A stretch of 63,854 bases of DNA, filler included, from Folioceros fuciformis (taxonomy: Eukaryota), in NCBI GenBank assembly GCA_049999805.1. It is 3 parts of 3 records of this genome, joined end to end, with 100 filler letters (N's around TTAATTAATTAA, not from the genome) between each part and the next. Parts side by side here need not be neighbours in the genome. Positions count along the whole stretch, not along the records: positions 1 to 22,640 come from JBNGIO010004142.1; 2 more parts are not named here. One strand, given 5' to 3'. This document shows positions 1-12,349 of this stretch, piece after piece (the first letter of the stretch is position 1; every line of letters starts with the position of its first letter). The notes beneath the pieces are model-generated. The model was not told where the DNA came from. It saw only the letters and a list, made by a program, of their open reading frames with translations, and did no database searches. The position numbers and the translations under genes were made by a program.

Positions 1-299
1 TATGCTAGGTAGACATCATTGTGTAATTTAAAGGTGATGTAATATATATGTGCAAGTGAAAGTAGTGACTCCTTACACCTTTGCAACCAAGGGGTGGAGT
101 ATTCAGTTGCAGTTTTTTTGTGTTAATAGATGAAAAAAGATATGAATAAAATAATGTACTTTTGAATGCAACAAGAAAAAAGTATGATAAATAGAGGAAT
201 AGTGTTTGAGAAAAAGGAAATTATCTTAATGACAACCACGTGTGCACATGGCATTTAGCAAGCATATGCAAACCTTAGTTATCCATCTCTTGGTCAAGT

Positions 300-900
300 A
301 CATCCTTGAGCTTCTTAACGACTGAGACTAAAGTGGCTAGGAGACTGTTAGATAAATATTTGAAGGGCACCAGGTTTGCTTGGATATTTTAAGCTCTTAC
401 TAGTTCTTTGTGCAATTTATGGATGACACAGCTTATGCTACAACTAAGGTCATAGAATGAGCATGGGTCATAGGGTGCTCTAAGGTTGACATGTGTGGTT
501 TTCACAATATTGTCAGTTGTATAGTGTAAGAGAACTAAATAGCTATTGTTTATGTTGGAAGCAAGTTAAATTACATAACATACATGACACTTTGTATGGT
601 CCTTCCCAACTTGCTAACATGATACTTGAAAGGTATTTGAAGCTCAAGCCTCTATGAGAGCTCCAATTCTACTTCGACATCGCTGTAACTCTAAATTCAG
701 TCTAGTAGAATGGAGTGGATTGCTGGAATCCTTGTGATCGTTTTTGTTCTTGCACAACATGTGCATCAAAGGGGATGATGCAAGATTGAAGGATGACTAA
801 GGACCCATGAATGAGGAGTAAGACCAGGGTAGCTATGACTAATGTAATCTAGGTGTGCAAGTCAAGAGATAGCTTGTGCTATGTATTTTCTACATTGGTA
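300..900 (-). mobile_element. Highly degenerate retroelement remnant (Gypsy integrase C-terminus-like)
   Basis: Minus strand reads '...ASWEGPYKV...' near 590-620 (W-x-GPY motif) in an AT-rich, ORF-free region. Confidence 0.35.
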
Positions 901-2129
901 GTTTCAAATGTATCTTTCCACTTCCATACGAGACTTCATTCTCGGCTTGTAATTCTATGGACACTAACCTCTTCAAACTATCCAAATTGCATTTCACCTC
1001 AACTCTTCAAATTCTAGTTAGAAAAATCTAAGAAAATTATCTTCATTCATTGAATGACTTGTTTTTATAGTTCAATATGTGGTTTACATAATTAATTTGG
1101 AAGAAGGTATGAATGAAAGATTGGTGTAGATGACTTTAGTCTTTGAATCCACAACCTAATGTGTCTCTTTGTTGATGGGTATGATATTCTACAAGTCATT
1201 AATCTTCTTGTAAATAGTGAGAAGAAAGATTTTTTACATTCTCACTAATCTTTACTTAGGGTTGTATTCCTAATCATACCTTGTTGAAGGTACTTGGCCA
1301 AGATGGTTGGCTCTGTGATTGTTGCAAGTTTGATTGACTTGGAATGTAGCTATGGGATTGAGACTTTTCAAAAATCTTCCATTTAACAATTCTTAATTGA
1401 GCCAGTGACTATGCTAGGGGAAGAGATTTGAAATTTTTTTTATAAATAATATGAATATGAAAATACCATATAAAGCAATGAAACTAGAACACGAGAAGGA
1501 TGAAAAATCCACATAGAGAAGTATGTAGCTTGAGGTAGAGGCTAGGAATTATTTGCCTTATTGCAGGGTTATTTCTATCACACTCTTTGAATCAATAAAT
1601 GAAAATATATTAGATAGATGAGCTAAATACTCACCTAACGCTTAACAAATATGCCAACGGATATATATGTATGTACCTGACAGAATCCGATAGTTCCGTA
1701 CAAACAGGCGGAACAGCTTGGCACAAGTGGCATACGGTTGTAATGAAAAAGGTCATTTTGTTTTTGTTGTTTTATGAAATTGTTTCTGTAGTGCCATAAA
1801 GTTGTGGCCTCAAGGCGTCAGGAAGGAAGATATGAACATACTGGGATGGCTGCACTGGGTGACATTAGCAGCTCGGACTCGGAAGTTGGAAGACAGTGGA
1901 AGCGTGCATGTAGTGGCGTCTGGGCGGATGGCAGTGGATGGGAATTGAACCCACTGGCTTTGCTGCGGGCATTGCCGGTGGGTTCAGTTCAATGGAATTC
2001 CTTGGACTCGAGTAGAAGTGGAAGCGGCAGAGGGCTGCCAGATTCAGCGTGGCATTGGGATTGGCTTTGGCATTGGCATTGGCATTGGGCAGCAATGTGA
2101 AACAACAGGCGTGTTTCCAGTGGTCAAAG

Positions 2130-5100
2130 ATGAGGCATGAACGCTGGACCGCAGGAACCAACCGCAGCAGCTGCACTTTAGTCAACACGAGAGCCCAACA
2201 TCACTGGTTGGCAAGCTGGGCTGTGCCTGAGGCGTTTGTAACCAGTCTTCCAGGGGCTCCTGGTCTGAAGAAAGGCTGGTGGGCAGCAGGTGCTGCTTGC
2301 GGCGACAGGAAAAGAGAATGGCGTCTGGTTCATGCCAGCTCGGTGCCGAAGGTGACGCCTTTGAAGCTGAGGGCTCGGTTCAAGGCTCCCCGAGCGAGCG
2401 CAACGGGTTTCTGGGAGCCCCAGAACGACTGGGAAAGCATTGCCCACGAGGTGGTCGGAAACCAAGGGGCCTCCAGGAATGGGGCCAGCAGAGGACGGCA
2501 TCCCAGGGGGCAGGAAGAGCGGGAAGTGCTTTGCCGGGTGGAGGTGGTGTCGTGGCGAGAGAGACACATCTCTGCAAGCATTTGCATTGAAACCAGCCCG
2601 CAGCGGGTGTGGGATGTGCTCACAGATTACGAGCGCTTGTCGGAGTTCATACCCAACCTTGTCCGCAGGTAGGCCTCTTCCTCCTGTCAGCTCTCCCCAA
2701 CTGGAGGCACAACTCATCAGACAGGCATTCGCTTGTGGATGTCCAGTGAGATCATACCGTGCCCCCATCCGGGAAGGCTCTGGGTGCTGCAGCAGGGCCT
2801 GCAGACGGCCATGTACTGGCAGATTCAGGCGCGTGTTGTTCTTGACCTTCAAGAGTTCCCGCGCTCGGTATGTCGGCTTCACTCTCGGCTGTCAACAAAA
2901 TCGGTTGCTTTGGTGCTTCGCATAGCCTGGTTGTGAAGATGTCGTCTGAATGCCTTGTGAAGGGCGATGGTGGGGAGATCCGGTTTTCCATGGTGGATGG
3001 GGACTTCAAACGATATGCCGGCAAGTGGTTCCTTAAGACCGGACCAAGGTAGGACTTGTTGCTTTTGCCCTTCACCCCTCCATTTCCCCTCCTGTCCAAG
3101 GCCATTCCATTCATGACCCTTGGCTCCGTGCCGGCTTGGTGTGTTCAGGATCGGGACCACGTTGTTGCACTACGAGGTTAACGTCACTCCCAAGCTTTTG
3201 TTCCCAGCGGCGTTCATGGAGAGAATCATAAGAGCCGACCTGCCTGTCAATCTTCGAGCTGTGGCTGAGAGGGCAGAGGCAGATCCAAGGATGGTCGCAT
3301 CTAGGGGTGGTGTAGGCTTTCCTCGCGCAAATACTACCGTCCTCGGTGCTGTTGATGCAAGCTCCTCTTCTGTCCGATCGAGTGAGGAGAAAGTTTCGGT
3401 TCCGAGTAGAGTAGTTGAGAAAGAGTTTCCAAGAAGGACTGCTTTTGGATGGAAGAGATGGAGATCGAATCTGCCTCCCTGGAACGGTTTGAGGAGAGTG
3501 TGCAGTTTCGGAAGGCCGTGCTCCGCAGACGAAGTCCATCTCCGACGCTTCGATGACCTAATGGTATTAACTGTTCTTTCATCCTCTTCTCGCAGCAGAT
3601 TGAAGGGATGTAGTAGCTTCCCATCTGATGGAATGCCGTTTCAGGAAAATGGAGGAGTTCACAGGCGTGTTCTGGCTGCTATAACTGTGCAAGCCCCCAT
3701 CGAAGATGTGTGGACCGTGCTCACAGCTTATGAATGTCTGCCACAGTAAGTCCAATGTCAGAGGGTCCTTGTAGATATAAGACCGACTCTCTGAAGATGT
3801 CGGTAAGACTAACTTTCCTTAGGTCTGTTGCAGATTCATCCCCAACCTGGCAGTGAGCAAAATTCTGTCGATTGACACAGACAGAAAGCGTCTGCTCCAG
3901 GTTCCGCACCTTTCCTGCAGATGTAGACTGGCCCAGAATCGTTTCGCTTTCAAAGGCATACTGCAGGATGAAGGGATACACGGCCTGATGATTGCGATGA
4001 CGTCTGCAGGAAGGTTGCAAATGCCTTCTCTACATGGTACTCCATGCAAGGGTGGTTCTTGATTTGTGGGAACGACCACCAAGTGAGATAGCTTTTGAAC
4101 AGGTTGAGGGCGATTTCGAATCGTTCTCAGGCAGCTGGACGCTGGAGAAACTCGGCAATGAGCACACTCTGCTCAAGTATGCCGTTGACACAAAGATGCA
4201 GAAAGACAGCCTTCTTGCAGAGGCCATCGTGGAAGAGGTACATGTCCATAGCAAATCCGAAGGTTGTACCTGGGGCGGATTCACGACCTCGTCCGTCGTT
4301 CCTTTTGGATCTAAGACTCGTTGTTGCAGGTTATCTATGAGGATCTTCCTGCAAACTTATGTGCCATCAGGGACAGGGTTGAGGTTCACGGCAGACACGC
4401 TTTGCAGACCATGGATGACATCGTCACACAGTCAGCTCTTCGAAATGCCTCAGCTACTCCGCTTAGCCCTAACAATAGCCGTGATAGATCAACCGTCGGG
4501 CGTGAGTCTAAGGGTACTCCAAGGAGGCGACGTCCAATTCCAGGTCTTCAGAAAAACTATGACGTGTTGGAAAGGGAGTTAGGGAAATTTATTGCAGAAC
4601 ATGGCAAACCGGGTATCATGCCGATGAGATACGAGTTAAGAAAGCATGGGCGTGTAGACCTTGAGAAGGCTATAGCACGGATGGGTGGCTCTGCCAAAGT
4701 GGCTGAGAAAATGAAGCTCACTCTAGCGTACAAACAGCGGAAGCCCAAGGGTTATTGGGACGAACTGGAGAATATCAGCAGAGAGGTAAGTCTTTTCCCT
4801 GATGTCTAAAGTAACCACGTTAGAAGGAACCTGTCTTGTCATGATCTTGCTTCTACCGTATGCAGATCCTCATGTTCCAGGAAGAGAGCGGGAAGGACAC
4901 GACCTTAATGCCCACGAGGCGATCGTTAGAGAAAGCTGGTGAGCTTGCCCTAAATAAACCCTTCCCCCGATCCTCCACGGCTTCTCAGACTGGTATTTCG
5001 TTGGCGTGTGCGGTTCTGAATTTGGGTTTTTTCTTGTGGAACAGGACGCTATGACCTTGCCCGGGCTTTAGAGAAGTGGGGGGGCTTGCAGGAAGTTGCC

Positions 5101-5283
5101 AATCATTTGGGGCTGCACGTGAGATGGTCGAAATCCAGGGTACAGAGGCAACAGCTTTCGGTAGATGTTACCAAACTTCCCGCGATACTGGATACTGACG
5201 GCTCCGAAGCTGCCATCAACATGCCTTATAAAATTTCTGTCCTTCCAAAGTCTACAAAATGGCTTACATTCCTCAGCGATTAA
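2130..5283 (+). CDS. Protein with two polyketide-cyclase/dehydrase (SRPBCC/START-like) domains, probable organelle transit peptide; 10 exons
   Basis: Two domain copies: 'VEVVSWRERHISASICIETSPQRVWDVLTDYERLSEFIPNL' and 'ENGGVHRRVLAAITVQAPIEDVWTVLTAYECL-FIPNLAVSKIL'. C-terminal 'ELRKHGRVDLEKAIARMGG...RKPKGYW...RYDLARALEKWGGL'. GT-AG exons: 2130-2668, 2747-2867, 2963-3048, 3149-3563, 3645-3745, 3834-3900, 4010-4237, 4330-4785, 4866-4938, 5045-5283. Start codon uncertain. Confidence 0.85.
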
Positions 5284-5478
5284 TGAGTTTCCTTTCTGCC
5301 AGGTAGCCTTCTGTGTCTGAACGCTAGAATGCTGGTCCTCCCAAACCATCAATCTGGAATGACCTCTTGGTCAACAGGGGCTCTTCTCACTCTCCCAGAG
5401 GCTCTACTTCTGATTTCACGCTGGACCTCCAATCAAGGGAGACAGGTTTGGTGTCCGTTCCCCAAGTTCCTCACCAGA

Positions 5479-7922
5479 TCACAGTTTTGAAGCAGGGTTT
5501 CCATCAACAACAGTCAGCCGCCTCTTAGCCAAACTATCCAGATGAACTTTCACCCCTCTCAGATCCCCGATGGCTTGAGAATGCAATCTGTTTCTAACCA
5601 AAGGAACGAGCGTGGCCACCAGGGAGTTCACGTCGGCAGCGGAGTGAGCAGCAGATAACGCTATCCGCAGCCTGCGAAAACGCAGAAGCCCTCAATTGAT
5701 GAACGCCGGCCCGGCATGCCGTAAATGAGAGGGAAACGACATAGGTCAGGAGAGACAGGTCACCTTGATGTATTAGGCGGTACCGTTGGAGGCCGGATCG
5801 CCGTGACATGAAAACCAGCTTTCAGCAATTCTCTGTTCAAACGCAATAAACGAAGGATAAGATGACGAGCTACCACATCCGTGACTCAGTTCCCTGGGAA
5901 GTCATGTGTACGCACTTCAGACCTGCTAGCAAACAGCGTCTCTTGGGAGCCCTCCAAAATAATTGGAGCAATTGGACTTGCTATGGGTATGCCAAGTGCC
6001 TCAGAAAGTTGTCTCACCCTATCCCAAAGGGCTTTCTGTCTCCATCTTTCCTCCCTAGCCACGCGTAGTGCAGCTAGCAAAAGCAACCATGAGGCGGGTT
6101 CAAGTCCTAATGGAATCCCCTGACAAGGACTGCACAATGCTTACAGAAATGGCGTTCTTTACCATGAGCAGCAGCGACAACAGGTATTGAAAGAGCAGTT
6201 GTAAATATGAAAGACCTGCCACGGGACTGAATCCACTGCTTCCACTTCAGGCTGCAAGACGAGGTGCACTTTCAGATTACGTAGCACTTTTCTTGGTCCT
6301 CGCCAAGGGATTCTCTAAACAGTCGGACACAGCCAGATTCTTGCACAAAAGCAATGAAGGTAGACGACCTGGAAGCGATGAATCCACCCTGACATCCAAT
6401 AGCCTTACTGAGGGTGCCGACGTGAATATCAACGTCGTGTTCTACACCCAGTGCCTCAGCCAAGCCGCCACCACCGTCGCCGCAAACCAGAGTTGCATGT
6501 GCCTGTCACCGAAGGTAACAAAGTGGGGACCATAACAGAAGGACTCCAGCTCATGTGTATCAAAGGACACGAGGTTAGGACCATACCTCGTCGATAACAA
6601 GGAGAAAGCCGTGCTTCTTCCTTAACGTCGCTAGCTCTTGAAGAGGAGCAAAGTCCCCATCCATACTAAACAAGCTGCAAACCACTGCACAATGTCGCCT
6701 AAGACACATGAAAAAGCAAGCAGCACTCAACTCTACCAAGAGCAAAGTTCCAGAGTTGCTACTGGGAGAATCAGGCAAGAGACAGCAGAGTGTTTGGCAG
6801 ACCTGTCAGTTATGACAACTTTCCTGGTACACTCACTAGTGGACCTGCAGACAATGTGAAACACGGTCCAAATCAGCATAAACAGCTAAGAGCAAACAGT
6901 GTCATGTGCGTCCATCCACAATACTCACAGTAATTTGTCCAAGTGCGTTACATCGTTATGGCGGTAGACATGCACTACTACATGGCTTTGCCTTTGAGCC
7001 ACACGCAGTCCATCGATGATGGAAGCATGGTTCAAAGCATCTGAAAAGAATCCAATGACGTCTCCTCGATTCTCAGGGAGGATGTTGCTTGCTAAAGCTG
7101 TGATGACAGCCATGTTAGCAGAGAATCCTGTAGGACACAGAAGGCACTCCTGAACAACAGGGAACAGACAGCTCACAAGCTTAAAAACCTTTATGGACGG
7201 AAAGAGTGGAGCAAAATCGCGCAGGAAAGATGCAACCAAAAATCGAGAGGAAAAGGCATTGCGTCGACGCACCTCTGCATGCTTCAAGTCAGCCAGGGCT
7301 GATTCCAGCAGCCGGTGATGGTGGGTGTACCCACACACGAGAGAAGATGCTCTGGGTCCCATTCCGTACTCAAGAGCAGCCTGGAGGCAGTAAGCAATGA
7401 AGGGCAACAATTTCAAAACGTCCGGCGATGCACCAACCTCGCATTCCAGGCCAGGTCCCAAAGGATAAAGGACAGACCTTGGCGGTGGCATCGCGAACTG
7501 CCGGGTGGGAGGAGAGGCCGAGGTAGTCATTTCCCGAGAATAGCAGCAATTTGTGCGGTTGCTGGGAGCTCGTTCCCGATGCCAACTCCAGGACGCTCTC
7601 CAGGCTCAAGACCTCTTCTCCTGTGGGCAGCTGGGGTGAGAAGCTGAGAGACGGAAACAAGATGTAGCCTACGGGAAATGCAAATTACAGTACCGCCGCT
7701 GGGATCATCTCGCAGCCACAACTGGAAGGTAGCTGGCGACACCTCCACCTCCACAGCAGCTCTGTCCCAGGGCCCGGGCCCGGCAAACGTCTGCAATCCT
7801 AAGCCATCCCAGGAGCCATTGCCATTGCACCCGGGGCTGATCGGGCGCAGCGACCGCAGGAGTGACTGCTGGGACAGCGCGCTCAGCGAAGCCTGTAGCC
7901 AGGCGTCCCAGGTGTTGGACAT
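5479..7922 (-). CDS. BIOF: 8-amino-7-oxononanoate (KAPA) synthase, biotin biosynthesis, peroxisomal (PTS1 -SKL); 11 exons
   Basis: Motifs FSGNDYLGLSSHP, GFSANMA, FSDALNHASIIDG, SLFSMDGD, DEAH, PLP-lysine GTLSKA, GFHVTAIRPPTVP, RLRIALSAAH; ends ...GNPASKL*. Exons: 7922-7694, 7620-7478, 7380-7273, 7149-6929, 6844-6803, 6674-6587, 6502-6369, 6251-6163, 6073-5923, 5832-5764, 5671-5479. Alternative in-frame ATG at 8030. Confidence 0.93.
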
Positions 7923-8109
7923 CCTGACCGCAGATACCGCTGTGCTAGCGGAAGCTGAAGCAAACGCGCAAGCTCCAGGTTTCGAGACAACACGAAATTG
8001 CTGAGATTCGACAGTACACACATTCCACATTCTCTACAAAATCGTTGTCACGCAACTTTTCCTCATACGGTGCAAGCATAAAGTGCTTTGTCTTTCGCAC
8101 CAGCCGTTA

Positions 8110-10653
8110 TCAGAAGCCGACAATGTGAGAGTACTCGGCATACTGCCTCGACTGCAAGCCTATGGGAGCTCGGAGCATTTCATCGGGAATCGCGAACGCG
8201 TCTACCAATTCCCTCGCAGCTCCGCGAACTTCGAAGCTTAGGTACTCCACCAGCCTGTGAATAGCTTTGGCCTTGTTGGGGGCCACGTAATCTTGATTGC
8301 GGTAGGTGCCTATGTCCTTCCAGATGCGGTCCAGCGCGTACAGATCTCGCAACAGCTCCAGCACCGCACGGGTGTCCTTGTCTTGGCACCTGCAAGTAGT
8401 GTTCAGAGCTGGGGGCAATCTCTTCGCAATCAAAAGCACGCACACTGAATTGGCTTGGCTTCGGCCTAGCTTACTCTTTGATGGAGTCGTTGAATTTGGC
8501 CAACACCACAGTCTCGATGTGCGACTCCGCAAGGGTCAGCAGGTGGTTCAGGCAGCGGTTCCAAGCCCCGAAGCTACCTAGACGAGCCGAATGCTTCCGC
8601 AACCGCAGCGCCGCTGTGTGCAGCAGTCTTGCCGTGCGATACTGGAAATACGACCAAATTCTCAGTACAGGGGTGTATTTCGAACAGGTTCCTTCAGGAT
8701 CCCAATCAATGGACTAGGACTAGAGGCATGCGGTTCACAGACCTGGAAGGCGTGCAGCTGAAATTCAGGGTCCCGAAGATGGCCTTGCCCCTCCCTGTGC
8801 GTTGCCACCGGGTTCGTCTGCGACAGGTAGGTTGCCATGGACTCCCTCAGGTAATTCCATGTTACGGACAGTGCTCCGCCTTTGAACTTGAGCTTGTACT
8901 GCTTCAGCAAATCTGCGGCAACCTGCGTAACCAGGCTTGCCACATAGTCAGTCCACTCCTCACATAGAGCTCGATCCCCAACCCAGCAATGATGCAGAGA
9001 GTTTCACCTGCTGCAGTAGCACCGTGTTGTCTCCCTCGAAGGTTTGGAAGATGTCATGGTCGTTGCGAAGAACTCCAAACTGATTCACTGCAGCGTAACC
9101 GTGCCCTCCACAGGACTCTCTGCACACGTTCAAAGACCTGGCAGTGTACGACGTGATGTAGGCTTTCAGCCCTGCAGAAAGGGCATGAACGTCTGCGATG
9201 GTATCATCGTCATGCGTCTTCTTCATCTCTGCGTACCGATTTATCAAGTACAGGGTAGCAAAGTGGAATGCATAGGCCGACGCCAGCATAGGCATCAGCT
9301 TCTGCTGCTGCGACTGGTAGTCCAGAATGCTGATCTCTGGCTGATTGGGTGGCCCGAACTGCTGCCTCATGAGCGAGTATCTAATGGCAATGGTGGAAGC
9401 TGCTTTCAAAACACCCACGGACCCGTACGCCAAGCCCACTCTCCCTCCAACAAGCTCCCCCAGAGTCGCAGCAAACCTTTTGCTCACGGTGGGAAGGCCG
9501 CTGGTGTACTCTCCGTCCCGAGAAACGTCCCCGAACCTGTTGAGAAGATTGTCCCTGGGTATGCGAACATTGTGGAACCGAAGGGCTCCATTGTCCACAC
9601 CGTTCAGCCCAACTTTGTAGCCGCAGTCCCGAATCTCCACTCCAGGAAGAGTTGTATGATCTGCTAGGCTCCGGATGGGTACAATAAAAGCATGAACACC
9701 CATGTCCGTGTCCACATGGGACTCGGGGGAGGGCAGCTTCAGCCTGGCAAACACGGTAGCCAACTTGCCGTGCACCGCAGCATTCCCAATCCACCATTTG
9801 GTGGCACCTTCGTTTGGTGTGTTGATGACAAACTCATCAGTCACTCTGTCAAATGTGGCTGTGGTCTGAAGACCTTGGACATTCGATCCTGTCAACGGAG
9901 GAATCAAGCACTGTCAAATTCAACCCCTTCAACTCACAAAACATGCCTCAGCTAATACATCAGACTGAAAGGGGAAAATGTGAAAGAGGGGACGGAGTAG
10001 GTAGAAGCTGGCTAGCCACCGTGATGGAGTTCGGTCATTGCAAAGCATCCGGGATAATCCAAGTTACAAATGCCTTCCAGGTACTTCTGCCTATGCTTCT
10101 CGGTGCCCAAATTTAGGACACTTCCTCCCCACAAACTGCATCCACAAACCTAGCCAGTCACTTCGGAAGACTGTCCGTGCACCAGCCCAAATATCAGACA
10201 CAAAGAAGGAGAGGAATTTCAGTAAGTCCCCTACCTGAACTGCACACCCAGCTTGATACCGAGGGAAACATCAACGTAAGCCACCGCTTCTGTCACCACA
10301 AAATACCTTGCGGGATCTTCCAGTAAGTACTCCATAGGATTCATGCCAGCTTCCTTGACGAAGGCTGTGAGCTGCCGCATTGTCAACTCTCGGTGTGCAT
10401 CCTTACTAATTTCTACGGGCGTTTGCAGCTCTGGCCGCTGGATAAAGAAATTGAATATCCTCTCTCTATCCTCCAGGTAACCTCCTGCCATATAAGCAGA
10501 CAATATGGAAACGTTCACAGGTCGCCTCACAAGCACCTTCGCACAAACTTCCGCATGAAGTTGCCCTTCTCTCAGAAAAGACACTGCTCCCAAATGCGCT
10601 GCCAGGCTGTGAAGCCGTCTTTTCACGGCTTCCTGCTCGTGCGAGCCCTCCAT
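8110..10653 (-). CDS. ACX2: Peroxisomal acyl-CoA oxidase, ACX2 type, with N-terminal PTS2; 6 coding exons
   Basis: PTS2 [74 protein letters not shown]-terminus [29 protein letters not shown]...VGF*. Exons: 10653-10235, 10135-10020, 9888-9008, 8922-8743, 8641-8475, 8389-8110. Confidence 0.93.
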
Positions 10654-11078
10654 CTAATATCCGTTGCCTAATGCACACGTTAATTCAAACAACCTGCTTG
10701 ATCGTTCCAAATGCCACTTCAGCACGGTTGCACCGCCTTCTGCAAATGGAACCGGAGTTGAATCAGAAATTCATCAGTATCCCATCGGCAATCAGCAACC
10801 CAACAGAAATCCCGTGTTTAGTGACCAAGAACCAATACTGTGCGCATCCTGGCATAGCGCATTCCTCACAATTCAATTCCCCTTAACAAAATACCACTGA
10901 CAAAAGTAATCTATCCCGGAAAATCCCAGGACATGTAGTGCGCGCAGCTGCAAAGATGCTTTCAGACTGCCGCATCTTCTCCTATCCCATAGGATGAGAA
11001 GAGTCCATCGGCAATTCACCGTGCTTCTGGCTACGAGAAGATGGATTCGGATTAGTCAAACAGGATTAGGCACGTTAC
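10654..11078 (-). other. Probable 5'UTR intron of the ACX gene
   Basis: Donor AG|GTAACG at 11078 and acceptor ATTAG immediately abutting the ATG at 10653. Confidence 0.5.
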
Positions 11079-11924
11079 CTTATCTCAGAAGAACCCAGCG
11101 AGGTCGCCCGCACCAGACCCGTGGCGTAGTTCCACTGAGAGAAACAAGAGCGATCGGGCAATCAAATCCGACAGATTGAAATAGCGAAAAAATAGGAATT
11201 GGCGCTTGCCGTAGAGCTTGGAGGGTAGACGAGCCCCTGCCCGGACTCGACCTCGCGATCAAAGGAAGTCAGGGCCAGGAGAGGAGGTGGAGGCAAAGAA
11301 GACGAAGAAGACTGAAAGCCACCGCCACTTAGCGCATTCTGCGCGCCTACGCCGAGTCACCTCGTTATGTCTTTTTACGCCAAGCTTTTATCCATGATGG
11401 GTCTGGCGATAAACGCGTTATCCTACAACTCGCCACCTACCCCCTACCCAGTTGTTTCCCCTTCATGCACCTACCATTAATAGGTGGATATATCTGCATG
11501 TTTCGAGTCTAACTTGTCTCCCAAGGCTTTAGGGCTGCCGATGGCACACGCAACACTTTGCCAAATTATGTATGGCCCTATTTGTCAAACGATGTTCCTG
11601 GCTATGAAGTAGCAGCACAGCAAAGAAGCTCCTCAAACGGAAAATTAAGATTAAGTACCTTGTTTCAATAATCAATACTTTAGATGGGATTTTTATATTG
11701 GAAGATACTTTGATGCAGGTAGTTAGCACACCATAGCAGAAGTATGGCATATTAAAGGGGCATGGACTCTCTTTGCGAAAGAGTCCCTTCTTTATTTAAT
11801 GGAACACACCTTTAAGTTTTCCAATGGAACACACCTTAAAGTTTTCCTTCTTGTTGCTCAAAGGAATGAACAAAAAGCCTCACCGCCAATGGGATATGTA
11901 AAATTATGAGAGGGTGTGTGTAGT

Positions 11925-12180
11925 ACATGGTGACGTGAGAAGGAGGAAAGGATCTCTTATTCTTGGCGGTTTCCCCCCTTTTATAATCACCTTGAAAGGG
12001 TATAATGCACCACATGGTGAAATGAGAAGGAGAAAAGGATTGCTCATTCTTATTGGTTTCTTAGGTTTTATAGTCATTGAAAAGATACGAGGTACTATAA
12101 GGTGATGTGAGTATTAAGAAAGTGATTCTTTCTTCTAGTTGGTCTCGAAAGTCTTATAGTCATTTGAAAGGGTGTGACTC
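11925..12180. repeat. Degenerate tandem repeat, about 85-bp unit, 3 copies
   Basis: Recurring 'ggtga..tgagaaggag.aaaggat..ct.attctt..tggtttc...tata.tca.ttgaaa'. Confidence 0.55.
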
Positions 12181-12349
12181 TTGGTCTTACTAATTTGCCT
12201 AACTAGATTAGTGTGAGTCTTTAATACTTCTCCTAAAGTTCAATATGTTAGGCCTACTTTTCATCAACCTAAACTATTTGCTAACCTTTTGTTATTTGCC
12301 ACCCCCTATCTAATAAAGTGGTGATGGATCTCGACGTGCTTCCTTCTCG

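Noticed and set aside
2049-2090. ALGLALALALALG as a signal peptide, or WHWHW ORF 1804-2100
   Set aside because: Product of a (GGCATT)n microsatellite; the ORFs start at GTG and the in-frame upstream ATG (1992) hits a stop.
2178-2882. Long antisense ORFs over genes (also 9044-9667, 49187-49612)
   Set aside because: Shadow frames of GC-rich coding exons with no motifs.
5479-7922. Recent bacterial HGT of bioF
   Set aside because: Ten spliceosomal introns, a PTS1 and a plant-type N-terminus indicate the native plant gene.
7922-8112. ACX-BioF fusion protein by read-through
   Set aside because: Tandem TGA TAA stops; ACX has its normal C-terminus and each protein has its own peroxisomal signal.
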